A program made the position numbers and the translations under genes. Positions 37,959 to 51,095 of a stretch of 64,000 nucleotides of DNA are shown here, one piece after another. Under the pieces are notes generated by a model that was not told the origin of the DNA, did no database searches, and saw only the letters and a list, made by a program, of their open reading frames with translations. Every line of letters begins with the position of its first letter. Position 1 is the stretch's first letter. The stretch is taken from the NCBI RefSeq assembly GCF_001194135.2, contig NC_068985.1, positions 2,719,070-2,783,069 on the forward strand, read 5' to 3'. This DNA comes from Octopus bimaculoides. Taxonomy: Eukaryota.

Positions 37959-38816
37959 TGCGCGCATGAGTGCATAGAGAAAGTACAAGTGAGTAGGATG
38001 AGAAATGAGAAAGCAGAGAGAGAGACTGGCAGAGGAGGAGGAGGTAAGGTTGAGAGAAGTATTATTTAAAATGATTCACTATCCATGTTAACTACTGTTG
38101 TTATTGAATATATAAGATGGCAGCGAGGTGGGGGTGAAGTGCAGAGGGGTAATAGATCATTAGGTAAAGGAGAAGTTACAGCTCAACAAATCTCTCCTCT
38201 TAGTAGAGGTACCTAGTTATTTTGACCCCATGAGCTGTCACCACTACTTTTAACCAGTGAACTGAAATAGAAAACTCAACAAAAGAGAATAAATGCTAAA
38301 AAACGAAAGCCAGATTATGGGCTTTCACAAGAATTATGTGGCATTACCAGTGAAGCACATTTCTACCTTGTAAAATAACTTTTTTTAAAGATCAATCTAG
38401 AAGTTAATAATTACATCTCAGAAATACGTCCTTTTTCTGTTTTTATTTTGTTTTCAATCTGATTGCTCTGGTTATTCATGTTTTCTTTTCTTCTCAATTT
38501 TTCTCATTAAAATGAGAATACACGGGAGAGAAGAGAGGGAAAAAAACATATATAAAACCTAGTCCCAGATGGGTTATTAAGAAATCTCACATAAACAAAA
38601 TTAACTAAATTCTGAGTTCGTTATGTTGTCATTTTCAAGTTTAATTAGCCCTCTATAACTTGGCTTCCTTGCAATTAAGATTGTTTTCCTGTAATTTCCT
38701 TTCCCAGAACATATTTTTTTGTCTATTTTCATTCTTTTGTTTACTTTTCTTCTTTTTTTGCACCCTTCTCCTGTATTTTTGTTTCAGAGAAAGTGCAAAG
38801 AGCAAAAGTCTTAATA

Positions 38817-38876
<60 letters not shown>

Positions 38877-39659
38877 NNNNNNNNNNGTCGACCAGAGCTG
38901 GTTTCAACAAGCACATGCAATTATAGCTTAAAATTGAAATGTACATGGCCCTTGGCTTAAAAATCAGCCTGGCACTCTACAAATTGGTTTTCTAATAGTA
39001 AAAAGAAAAAAAAGGAAAAATAACACTACCACCTCCCCATGCATTAAAAAACAAAACAAATTTTAAATAAATAAAAGAACAAAAAGAGCAACTCAACAGG
39101 CTACACTTTTTCATTATCCGTATGAAAGTTTGGAGTTTCAATTATATACAAGGCAATCTCCTCCCATCTAGAAATGAAATCATGGTCATTACATGTCTGA
39201 GAATTCTTACTAATGAAGCAGTGGTGGAGGGAGGGGTGGTAGTGGTGGTGGGAGGTGGCTTAGACCCCCAACACACACACACACACACACACACACAATG
39301 CATAGTAAAAGGAATTTGAAGTTTTCCGAATGTCACAGATTAGAAAATATTAAATTCCATACATAATTGAGAATTTTTTTCATAATAATTATTTTATTTT
39401 TATCATATTTTTTCTATTTCCTTGTTGATTTGTTTCTAACTCTTCGAGGAGGGACAACATTTTTTTTGTTTTTGCACATCCATAAATGAATAAGAGTTTA
39501 TTGATATAACCACCTGTAAACATGAATAAGCAAATTATTCCATAAAGATTATTTCAGTGTTGATTACTGTACCAGCACTACTATACTAAATGTACAAAAT
39601 CACGTGCGATGTATATCTATCCATTGATCAGTCTCTTGGTCCCTGCATTCCCATTGCAC

Positions 39660-39730
39660 CAACCTACACACAACCAAACAACCAACCAAACAAACAACCA
39701 AACAAACAACCAAACACACAACCAAACAAA
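39660..39730. repeat. 12-bp-unit minisatellite (acaaccaaacaa-like)
   Basis: About 5-6 imperfect units; translates as NQTT/NQTN in ORF 39609..39842. Confidence 0.85.
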
Positions 39731-39808
39731 TGAAACGACAGAATCAGGAAGAACAGATTTTAAAATAAATATCTGTGGGAGACACCAGACTGTGAGACAT
39801 ATTTCATA

Positions 39809-40876
39809 TGAGGGCCAGCTAAAAAGTTTGTACCCTGATTAAGATACTCTCATGGAATTTGATTTAATGGGGTTTCTTTCTCCACACAGACCCCTTTTCA
39901 CATTTCTTCTGCCGACGTTGCAGTGCTTGGATCCCATTGGTGAAGTAGCTTTCATCCTGTTGGTCAAAAAAGTTAGCAGCAGCAGATACGATGTCATCAC
40001 TGTGATAAAAGATCCCAGCCAAGTGTTTTCTCATATTGGGGAACAGGTGATGGTCAGATAAGGCCAAACCAGGAGAATAGGGAGACTGACCAACTAGTTG
40101 AAAGCTAGCCATGCACAGCAGCCATTGAAACCAAGAACTTGTGTGTTGAAGCTTTGTCCCATGGCTTTGATAACATTTCATAACTGCTTCAGAAAGTTAG
40201 CATAATACTTTCCATTGATGGTGTGGCCATTTTGAAAATACCTTTTGCATCCTAAAATAACTGAGGCCATCACCTTGACCTTCTTTGGAGCAGGTAAGGA
40301 AGGGTGTTTCCACTGCATAGATTGCCTCTTTATCCCCAGTTCAATGTGATGAACCTAACATTCCTACTAGGTTAGGAAACGTTCAAGGAAACTAGCTGGA
40401 TCTGCTTGAAACAATGTCAGATTTTCCCATGGTGTGACCAGCCTGGTACACTTTTGATGGAGTTTCAGAACACATGGCACCCACCGAGTAGAAACATTCA
40501 TTATGCCAAGTTCATTGTGCAGAATATTCTCAACTCTCTCACAGGATATGCTAATAGCATTGGCTATTTGATTTATAGTCAATCACCTGTCGTCCATCAC
40601 CATGTGGTGAACATGATCAATGTTTTCCTCAATGGTGGCAGTTGCTGGACATTCAAGCCTTAAGTAATCTTCAACCCTTTCCCTTCTCAGCTGCCTACTT
40701 TTGCACCATTCATAAAGCTGGAGCATCGTCCCCTAATGTAGCAACCATGTCAGCATGAATGTCCTTTGGGGCTAAACTTTTTTCTGCAGGTACCTGATAA
40801 CACCACAATGCCAAATTTCAAAGCTCTAGCATTTCTCCTTTTAAGGTCAGCCTCTCAACTGTTCAGACCTCCCTTG
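39809..40876 (-). mobile_element. Defective mariner transposon with degenerate TIRs and TA duplication
   Basis: Minus strand gives IWHCGVIRYLQKK..APKDIHADMVATLGDDAPAL, CERVENILHNELG..RWVP, and QSPYSPGLALSDHHLFPNMRKHLAG (cf. HPPYSPDLAPSDYHLF). The ends TA-tgagggccagctaaaaagtt and aactgttcagacctcccttg-TA are partly complementary. Confidence 0.9.
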
Positions 40877-41526
40877 TACACGGGGCCAAGCACAGACAGT
40901 TGCTAGAGGCAAACTCAATTCACACTGAATAATTAAAGCTCTATTTCCTTCAGCCCATTTGGGTCTTTCACCCCCCCCCCTCTTTCTTTCCTTTAATTAA
41001 CCTCCACACCCCATGTCCAACTCATTTTTTTTCTTTTTACCTATCACTGAAATATTACACCTGTGTAACAAGGAATGACATTGGATATGTCAGCATTGAC
41101 CCATATTGACTCTGTGATGTGTTTGGCATTAGGAAGGCCATGCCAAATTGGAATGAACGTATGACGTCCTGGTTTAAGAAGACAGTAATTCCAAATAAGA
41201 ACTGACTCAAACTGTGGCGTGACCCAGCTAACCCATGCTACAATGGATATGTGGACATAAAATGAGAATGATAATGTGTGTGTGTGTGTGTAAATGAATA
41301 CCAGTGTAAATAAGGGTAAAATATCTTAAAATATTGACAAAGAGAGGGAGAACTCTTTAAAAGGAACACAATACATGAAATGAGCAACTCAATAAGTAGA
41401 AATCAATGTAATTAGTGTGAGAGTAATTATTAGGGTCAATATCAATTATTAAATCCCTTGAAAATGATGCTCCCAACACTGCCACAGCCTAATGACAGAC
41501 ACTACTGTAAAAAATATATGCATTTA

Positions 41527-41801
41527 TAGGTGCAGGAGTGGCTGTATGGTAAGTAGCTTGCTTACCAACCACATAGTTCCAGGTTCAGTCCCACTGCATG
41601 GCACCTTGGGCAAGGGTCTTCTACTATAGGCTCGGGCTGACCAAAGTCTTGTGAGTGGATTTGGTAGACGGAAACTGAAAGAAGCCTGTCATATATATTA
41701 TAATCATCATTATCATCATCGTTTAACGTCCGCTTTCCATGCTAGCATGGGTTGGACGATTTGACTGAGGATTGGTGAAACCGGATGGCAACACCAGCCT
41801 C
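41527..41801. mobile_element. Family A head (+) abutting an inverted family C copy that runs into a gap
   Basis: taggtgcaggagtggctgtatggtaagtagc...gaaagaagcctgtc, then (cat)n-cgtttaacgtccgctttccatgctagc. Confidence 0.85.
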
Positions 41802-43384
41802 NNNNNNNNNNNNNNNNNNNNNNNNNNNNNNNNNNNNNNNNNNNNNNNNNNNNNNNNNNNNNNNNNNNNNNNNNNNNNNNNNNNNNNNNNNNNNNNNNNN
41901 NNNNNNNNNNNNNNNNNNNNNNNNNNNNNNNNNNNNNNNNNNNNNNNNNNNNNNNNNNNNNNNNNNNNNNNNNNNNNNNNNNNNNNNNNNNNNNNNNNNN
42001 NNNNNNNNNNNNNNNNNNNNNNNNNNNNNNNNNNNNNNNNNNNNNNNNNNNNNNNNNNNNNNNNNNNNNNNNNNNNNNNNNNNNNNNNNNNNNNNNNNNN
42101 NNNNNNNNNNNNNNNNNNNNNNNNNNNNNNNNNNNNNNNNNNNNNNNNNNNNNNNNNNNNNNNNNNNNNNNNNNNNNNNNNNNNNNNNNNNNNNNNNNNN
42201 NNNNNNNNNNNNNNNNNNNNNNNNNNNNNNNNNNNNNNNNNNNNNNNNNNNNNNNNNNNNNNNNNNNNNNNNNNNNNNNNNNATATATATATATATATAA
42301 GCAAATATAACTTAGTTGTAAAATGTTTCTTCAGTTTTATTTCTCTGTCCTAATTTCACAAACCACTGCACTAAAGTCGCATGATCGTAGGTCGCCAGAG
42401 ATGCACATGTGCACTCTCTTGTTTGCACAGATATAGCTTTATACATAGCTGTTATTTCTTTTGCCAGCAACATGTGCAAAAGCCACAACTGTTAGTTCAG
42501 GTGATTGACTTAACACTGATGCATTAAATATGCTTTTTGATATTTGGGAAATCAAAACAACATTTAACGAGAGGGTGTGCTGTAACCCAAACACAATACT
42601 CATTCGTTCATAAAAATATGCATGCTCTTAGACACCCACACAAACAAAATAACATACAAAATGCAGAACGTAAAGAAACAAAATTTAGTCTCCAGAAATA
42701 AATAAACTAAACAACTAAGACATGAGAAAAGAACTCCAATATAGCCAATACATGTTGAAGTCAGTTCGATAATAATCCTGTTAAAAGTTTAGCTAATTTC
42801 CTAACAGAATCTATTTCCTGCCATTAAATTTTGGCAGCTTTTAACTTTTCTATTTTAATTCCATTCTTGTAGATGTTGTGAAACACAATAAGAGATTTGG
42901 TGTTTTTACTTACTATCGATTCTCAAATTGCTCCTTGTTAATACAACACTTATCTGAAATGATCAGCTCCTTTACATAATGATAACTTTGTTTCATTTAA
43001 TTGATTAAAATCAGTTTCTATGCTAGATTCCAATTTTACCAATTTTTATTTTCTTTATTCAATTATTTATTTCTTAGTTAGCTAGCCATTTTATATTTAA
43101 CACACAAGCACACATATTTTCTAAATATTTGGATAAATAATTCAATAATTCTTACAGTTAACTCATTTCATTATTAGATTCCATTTCCTTTCATTCTTGT
43201 CTTTATTCAGTTTTCAACTTATTTTTGTTTTAAAATAGTTTTCCATCCATTTTCCAAAAGAAACATAGATTGTTTGGTTCTACAAATTTAACCGTTTCCT
43301 ATTGAATATAACAGATGGAGATTGATCGCTGTGTATGTCTGCAGAAGCATGTACAGTTGTGCATTAGTGTGCACATGAATTTAA

Positions 43385-43601
43385 CCCCTTGGTATTCAGA
43401 CTAGTTTCAGTTCCAAATATTTGACCTGTTTTGTCTTAAAGCCAGCTAGATCTGGCCTCTCACACCTACTCTACAATGTCATTCAAAAAATATGCAATCA
43501 TATCATTGAAATCTCAAAACTATAAGATATCATATGATTAATTAAAAATATTGTGAATACGTAAGTGTTATATTTGACAGAATAATGTGAATACGAAAGG
43601 G
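43385..43601. mobile_element. piggyBac-type MITE with TTAA target duplication
   Basis: TTAA-ccccttggtattcaga...tgtgaatacgaaaggg-TTAA. 16-bp TIRs with 3 mismatches. Confidence 0.75.
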
Positions 43602-43664
43602 TTAAGCTACCACACTGTTATAGGGGGAAAAAATAAACTTTTCTGTTTTATGTAAGAAATTCTC

Positions 43665-44115
43665 TGCTTACCAACCACATGGTTCCGGGTTCAGTCCCAC
43701 TGCATGGCACCTTGGGCAAGCGTCTGCTGCTCTTCTAGCCTTGGGGCTGACCAAAGCCTTGTGAGTGGATTGGGTAGACGGAAACTGAAAGAAGCCCGTC
43801 GTATATATATATATGTATATATATATGTATGTATGTGTGTGTATGTTTGTGTCTGTGCTTGTCCCCGTCCCCCCCCCCCCCNNNNNNNNNNNNNNNNNNN
43901 NNNNNNNNNNNNNNNNNNNNNNNNAACATCACTTGGCAACCAATGCTGGTGTGCTTATGTCCCTGTAACTTAGCAGTTCGGCAAAAAAGACTGATAAAAT
44001 AAATACTAGAAAGTACAGGACTAATTACAAAAAATAAGTCCTGTGGTCGATTTGCTCGACTAAAATGTGGTGCTCCAGCATGGCCACAGTCAAATGGCTG
44101 AAACGAGTAAAAGAA
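43665..44115 (+). mobile_element. SINE family A
   Basis: Head, (TA/TG)n-poly(C) linker containing a gap, and tail all recognisable. Another copy at about 45565-45945. Confidence 0.85.
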
Positions 44116-46606
44116 TAAAAGAAGACTATTTAAAATATAAGTGGTGCTAGTAAACAGAAGCGATAACATTCATTTAGCCGGAGATTGATGTAAGATTAAG
44201 TAACTTTGATTTTTTTTCATGTCTTTTATTCCTATTTATGAGTTAATCAAGAGAAGAAAGATACCGTTTTCTCTGCAAGCCTTGCCACACAGCTGAGTCT
44301 GATGCAGCAACCCCGGTTTTGCATCTAAACATCATTGGCAAAATATGGGCTCAGAAAGAACAGAGATCTGGCCCATATGCTCCAACAGGGAAAAGACAGA
44401 TGATGATACTATAAGGACCAAATAGTTGTGCTAAACTAAACAGAGCTCATCTGCATTTAGTTTAAAATATGATTAAAGATGAGAAAAATCAATGGCAATA
44501 TGATACGTGTGAGGAGAAAAGGTTTGATAGAGGAGCGTGAAGATAGTGAGTAGGTAAGGTGATGGCCTCAAGGTCGTGGCAAACATCAACAAACAAGAAT
44601 ATCAGGTTAAAGAACAACGAAAATTGCATTCTATAATCTAACCTCTCAGCAGATTCTGGAACCAGAATCATAAGAGCATCACACTAACAAGTCTCTACAT
44701 TTTGAGAAGGCAGAGAAAAAAAAAACAGGTTTCATTTAATCTATAAAATTGGGTAAAACAGTAAATAATGGCAGGCACTAATTTATTCTGAGACTACCAC
44801 ATACTTAACCCACCCTAAAAGGAAAAAAAACGAGAACCAAAACTTAATTAACAGATGCACAATAAATTGCAATGGAAAAAGAGGCACTAAATCTTGAGTA
44901 TCGCAACTAGCTATGTAACAGAGTTGGCTAGGGGGGGCAGGGGCAAATATTTTTTACAGATCAATACACTTCCTAATTTAAATTGCACAACTGCGAACAC
45001 AGGATAGGGCCCTATTTTTGTTTACTGTTTCATTTGTTTCTTTAATTCTTCAGCAAGATGATAAAGGCTTGTAGAAGAATATATTTTACCTTGGCAAGAT
45101 AACATAGCACTTAACTTCAATTATACAAAGATTTGAAAACCCCTCAGAGAGAGAAAACCCTTAGAATCCACACATCAGTTTTAAGTAAACTGCAGTAAGC
45201 TGAGCTACCCAAATAGATGCATGAATACCTCTTAAATATATAAATTAAAGTAATGTATTCAAACACACACACACACGAACATGTAAGAATATATACATAA
45301 CGTACTACTTATATGCATGTATGTATAAATGTAAACACATATAATATGTGAATTATGATTCTATCCTAGCAGGCAGCTGAGAATTCTGTTAAAATAAAAA
45401 TGGTGGATTCTATAGAATTCAGAAAGTTATTAAGGCCATTACTTGGCCTCATTGAGAAGTGTGGAATTCAAATATTTGTTATATAGAAATAATAGAGTGG
45501 GAGAATGTAACGTTGGGCACATATATTTTGCAAATGCAATTAAAAACCATTATAATTTACTAAAAGTGTGGCTATGGTAAGAAGCTTGCTCCCCAACCAC
45601 ATGGTTCCAGGTTCAGTCCCAATGTGTGGCACCTTGGAAAATGTCTTCTTCTACAGCTTTGGGCCAACTAAAGCCTTGTGAGTGGATTTCATAAACAGAA
45701 ATTGAAAGAAACCTGTCATGTGTGTGTGTGCGTGCGTGCGTGCGTGTTGGCATCTTTGTCGTATATCACTGCATGACAACCGATGTTAGTGTGTTTGTGT
45801 CCTTGTAACATAGCAGTTTGGCAAATGAGACCAGTGCCAGTCTTGAAAAAAAAAAAGTACTGGGGTCGATCTAGTTAACTAAAAATTCTGCAAGGTGGGT
45901 TGCCCCAGCATGGCTGCAGTCTAATGACTGAAATAAGTAAAGGGTAAATGGTACATCTCCTTATACAAAGTTGAATGTGAATACTTAATGGAAATGGTTA
46001 GGGAGATGAAGGACCACGAGTTCAAGTCGTATTGCAATCTGGTATAAAGCAAAAAAACAAAAAAAAGAAGTTTGCCTCAGCCACATCCTAGCACTTAACA
46101 ACTGATGGATCAGGGTGAACAATCATCATCACCTTCATCATCAAACATCAGTTTTCACGTTGGCATGGATTGGATGTTTTGACAGAAGCTGGCAAGCCAG
46201 AGAGTTGCACCGAGTTCCAGTTGTTTGTTTTGCTATGGTTTCTACAGCTGGATGCCCTTCCTAATGCCAACCACATTACAGAGGGCACCGGGTGCTTTTT
46301 ACATGACACCAGCACCAGTGCTTTTTTGATGTGGCACCAGCATGTGTGCTTAACACAGACACAAGTATTTCATGCAAAATATCCAAATTTTGCTGACATA
46401 TTCAAGTAATGGTTGCACGGAAAAGCAAATAAATAAAAAAAAAAAGAGAGTAAAAACAGAAAATTAATACAGGAGCTAAATTGTACAGTTTTTCATTTCC
46501 TTCACATGTTATAATTCAAATCAGTGCAATCATTAAACAAAGAGAAATCACAACAGAAGCTTGGAATGAACTCTATTGCTTAATAAACAATATCTCACAC
46601 CTCTAC

Positions 46607-46618
46607 AAAAAAAAAAAA

Positions 46619-46652
<34 letters not shown>
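46607..46652 (+). repeat. 46-nt poly(A) tract preceded by AATAAA
   Basis: AATAAA at 46582-46587; the A-run has a single C at 46619. Confidence 0.9.
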
Positions 46653-46654
<2 letters not shown>

Positions 46655-47199
46655 ACCAGACACGTGTATAGAAGATGTAACAGATTTTATTTTATGGCCT
46701 GAAAATCTACCAAAAAAGTGAAACAGGTATAAATCTGTTGGGGGTCAACATTTTATTAAGATAAATTAATTACTTCACTGAACAGCACAGGGATCTTTAT
46801 GTGGATTGCACTCTTCAAGAATCAATGCAGAATTATATAAATGCACACAAACATATCCATACACATCTACATATTATTTGTCCAAACACATATCAATTCA
46901 CACATACATACACATATTTATTTATCTATCTAAAAAATTAAATAAATGACAAAAGAACAAGAAATTATTATATCAACTTCATTAGCTTACAGCTGCTTCT
47001 GCTATTATCAGATGTAACGAACTCATTGCTGAGTGCTTGTAACACACTATAATTTTGTCGGAGTGAGTCAGCATGCTTGGGTGCATCCATCCATGTATGG
47101 ATACACACACACACTCCATATTATACACATAAAAACACACTCACATGCATGTGTGCATATGCTATAGACACATGTGAATGTGTCTGTCTGTGTATGTGC

Positions 47200-47252
<53 letters not shown>

Positions 47253-47303
47253 AAATTGCTAAAGAGGACAACAAATGTTAAGACAAACATCTCAAGTCAT
47301 ATA

Positions 47304-47337
<34 letters not shown>

Positions 47338-49310
47338 GGGAAAAAATTCAAAGTAATCTGTTACACCACTTACCTGGCATACCTACTTGTTTAGATCACC
47401 TGTAAACTAAAGCCCCATATTTTGTATATATGTTATATTAATGATATAATTGTGCTCAAATCTAGTCCCCATTTTTTTTTTATTAAAGATTTGTTATATT
47501 ATTTTATTTAATCCTTTACATTTAATTTGTAACAATAATGTTTAGAAATCCATAAGCTGAAGGTTAAGATAGACACTACACTGAACTGAACCTTTAACCA
47601 TACAGTTGCAAAGTTAAACTATACGTGCACCCACACTAATATATTTTTTGCCCTTTCCTGAAAGATTAAAACAAAACAAACCCAGAAGGGTTTGCACTCA
47701 AGCTATAGACACAACTGAATCTTGCAAAGCAAAACAATTAGTATGGTGCTTGACCAACTCTGCCACACATCCACACCACCGATTCTAATTCATAGCAGTA
47801 AATGATTTCTACCTAAACACAAAGTCACAAATTCGATGGGAGAGTTAGGATTGATTATATCAATGCTAATACCTGATATGTACTTACTTCATTAACCTTG
47901 AAAGGATAAGAGGCAAAGTTGGCCTTAGTAACACTTGAACAGAGGATGTAACAAAATATGAGAAGGTAGTTCGTTCTGCTCCCAATCCACTCCACCGGAT
48001 CTTTATAATAATAATTTACACCAGTGGACTTATATTTGAGGAGAGGACAGTCGATTCAAGTGACGTCCAGTAGGTGGTTGCTGGTAGCACAGAATGCCTT
48101 GTGGTATTTGCTTTGGCTTTATTTACTCTGAGTTCAAGCCTCACAAAAGTCTGCTAAGCCTTCCATCTTTTTTGAGTTCATAAAGTCAGGATCTTCTCTT
48201 CTTTCTCCTTCTCCTTCTTTCTCAGAACCAATTATATGGTACCACGTAAAAGCTTCTGGGAGACCACTTGCAACATCCCCTTCTTGAGAAACAGAGATGG
48301 ACTAAATGAAGGGCCTGCAGTTTCTTCTTAAAGAAAAACTGATACCGAACTAGAACTGTCCAAGGATGGCTTAAAAATGTAGGATAGCATGGAAATGGAA
48401 ACTAAAAAGATATGGCTGATACTTATTTTATCAATTCAAGAATAATGAAATGGAATGTTAAACTCAGCAGAACTTCAACTCAGAACAGAAAGGGACATGA
48501 ATATATGGGACAGAAAATTTCATTTAATACTCGAGTACTTTACCCTCTACTGCCAAAAAAACTGTTGTCTCTAATTTAGGCACATGGCTAGCAATATTCT
48601 AGGAGAAGGGGTGAAGGCATTACTTGGTTACATTGACACTCCCACCTTTCCCCAGTACTTGAGTGATATTTCATTTTATCAACCCGAGAAGGCTGAAAGG
48701 CAAACCTGACTTTGATTGCATTTGAGCTGAGAACTTAAGAAATCCAGAAGAAACACTGCAAGATATTTTGGAAGACATTGTAATGATTCTGTAAGTTCAC
48801 CACACCTGAGAACTGTTTCTGACATAAGCCCAAGAAAAGAAATTCCAGGGGATATTTGGTCAGTTATATCACCACCAGTACTTGACCAGTACATTTTTCA
48901 TTGACCTGAGAAGATGAAAGGCACAATTTACCCTGGCAATATTTTGAACCCTGAATTTAGGCACCAAGAGAAATACAGCAAAAATATGACTCTGCTCATC
49001 CAAGAAATCAAAGCATGTCTGTTACATTCTTACCAAGCCCCACCAATGGCACTGGTCTGACAGTTATTCTTTGTCTTTTTGGTATGTCTCTATATCTACA
49101 GTTACCAATAAAACAAAAAAATGTTTAATCATCTTTGGTTCCCCCTTTAAATATTTTGGAAATATAATAGCAACAAAAGCAAAGATGGTACCACATAAAA
49201 GGTACCCACAATGGTGCCAGGTTAAAAGCACCTGTACTGCTTCCATGTATGAAGCACTATCAGCTTTCTGGCTTACCAAGTCCATGCCAACATGGAAAAT
49301 GGACTTGATG

Positions 49311-49342
<32 letters not shown>

Positions 49343-49404
49343 GATGATGATGATGATGGTGATGATGATGGTGATGATGATGATGGTGTGTGTGTGTGTG
49401 TGTA

Positions 49405-49765
49405 TAGGTGCAGGCATGGCTGTATAGTAAGAAGCTTGCTTCCCAACAACATGGTTCCAGGTTCAATCTCACTGCATTGCACCTTGGGCGAGTGTCTTCT
49501 ACTATAGCCTTGGGCAATAGTAGAAGACACTGTGATTTGGTAGACAGAAACTAAAAGAAGCCTGTCATATGTGTACATAGGTATATATATCTACATGTAT
49601 GTGTCTTTGTGTTTGTTCCCCCATTACCGCTTGACAACTGGTTTTGGTGTGTTTACATCAGTTAAAAAATAAGCCCTGGGGTTGATTTGTTTAACTGAAA
49701 CCCTTCAAGATAGTGCTCCAGCATGGCCCCAGTCAAATGACTGAAAGAAGTAAAAGCATAAAAGA
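49405..49765 (+). mobile_element. SINE family A with an internal inversion
   Basis: Family A motifs; 49517-49531 is the reverse complement of 49491-49505 instead of the consensus sequence. Confidence 0.85.
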
Positions 49766-49767
49766 AT

Positions 49768-49799
<32 letters not shown>

Positions 49800-49803
<4 letters not shown>

Positions 49804-50180
49804 CACAGGAGTGGCTCTGTGGTAAGTAGCCTGCTCATCAGCCACATGGTTCCAGGTTCAGTCCCACTGCATGGTACCTTGGGCAAGTGTCTTCTACTAT
49901 AGCCTCAGGTCAGCCAAAGCCTTGTAGGTGGATTTGGTAGATGGAAACTGAAAGAAACCTGTCGTATATATAGATATTTATACATGTGTTTGTGTGTCTG
50001 TGTCTGCCCCCACCATCGCTTGACAACCAATGTTGGTGTGTTTACATCCCTGTAACATAGCGGTTCGGTAAAAGAGACAGATAGAATAAGTAGTAGGCTT
50101 ACAAAGAATAAGTCCTGGGGTCAATTTGTTTGTCTAAAAAGCGGTGCTCTAGCATGGCCGCAGTCAAATTATGGAAACAA
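49800..50180 (+). mobile_element. Full-length SINE family A, tandem to the previous copy
   Basis: (TA)n-ggcacaggagtggctctgtggtaagtagcc...gcggtgctctagcatggccgcagtcaaatt. Confidence 0.9.
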
Positions 50181-50889
50181 ATATATATATATATATTCTT
50201 GAAATTTCTTAGCCTTCATTCCAAAACAAGAATTCATGGAACAAATGTTTGCAATGAGAGACAGTGAAAACAATGCAGTGCTTTAAAGTAATATCTCTTA
50301 TCAGTTGATAAAGCAGGAACTAAACAGATTAAAATGAAGATATCTGAGAACATATTACAAACAAAAATCTGTTATTACCTAGGAAAACTGAAACAAGAAC
50401 AGTCTGGTCAACATGGTAGTCGGTTTTTATGATTAATGAATTTTCCACGATTTATTGGTCAGAAAGTGAACTCTTATTCCAATATCACTGCCTTTTCCTC
50501 TTCTAGCAATATCAACTAATATCCTGTGTTTTCCCCCTTTAGCTGGTATATCTGCTGAATAAGCAGCAGCAGTAGCAGCTGCCACTACTACCACCCCCAC
50601 CATCAATGGCAGCAGATAATCAGAATTATTAGATCATTGAACAAAATTGCTTCATGGTAATGGTTTCAAATTCTGACATTCTGAGTTCAAATCTTGCAAA
50701 ATCAACTGTCTTTCATTCTTCTAAGGTCCATAAAACAAAGTACCAGTCAATTACTGGTACTCTGAACATTGGCTGCCCCCCGCCTTCTGTCAAATGATAA
50801 TTACTAATTATTTCCATGATTTCATTGAAGTCTTTCACTGTAACATCATGTACAATTATATGTTTTCCTGGTATGTACAGAAATCTTTT

Positions 50890-51095
50890 CTACTCTAGGC
50901 ACAAGGCCCAAAATTTTGGGGGAGGGGGCCAGTCGATTAAATCGACCCCAGTATGCAACTGGTACTTAATTTATCAACCCCAAAAGGATGAAAGGCAAAG
51001 TGAACCTCGGCAGAATTTGAACTCAGAACGTAAAGACCGACGAAATACCGCTAAGCATTTCGAACGGCATGCTAACATTTCTGCCAGCTCACCAC
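50890..51095 (-). mobile_element. SINE family B, near consensus
   Basis: ctaggcacaaggcccaaaattttgggggagggggccagtcgattaaatcgaccccagt...ctgccagctcaccacc. Confidence 0.9.
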
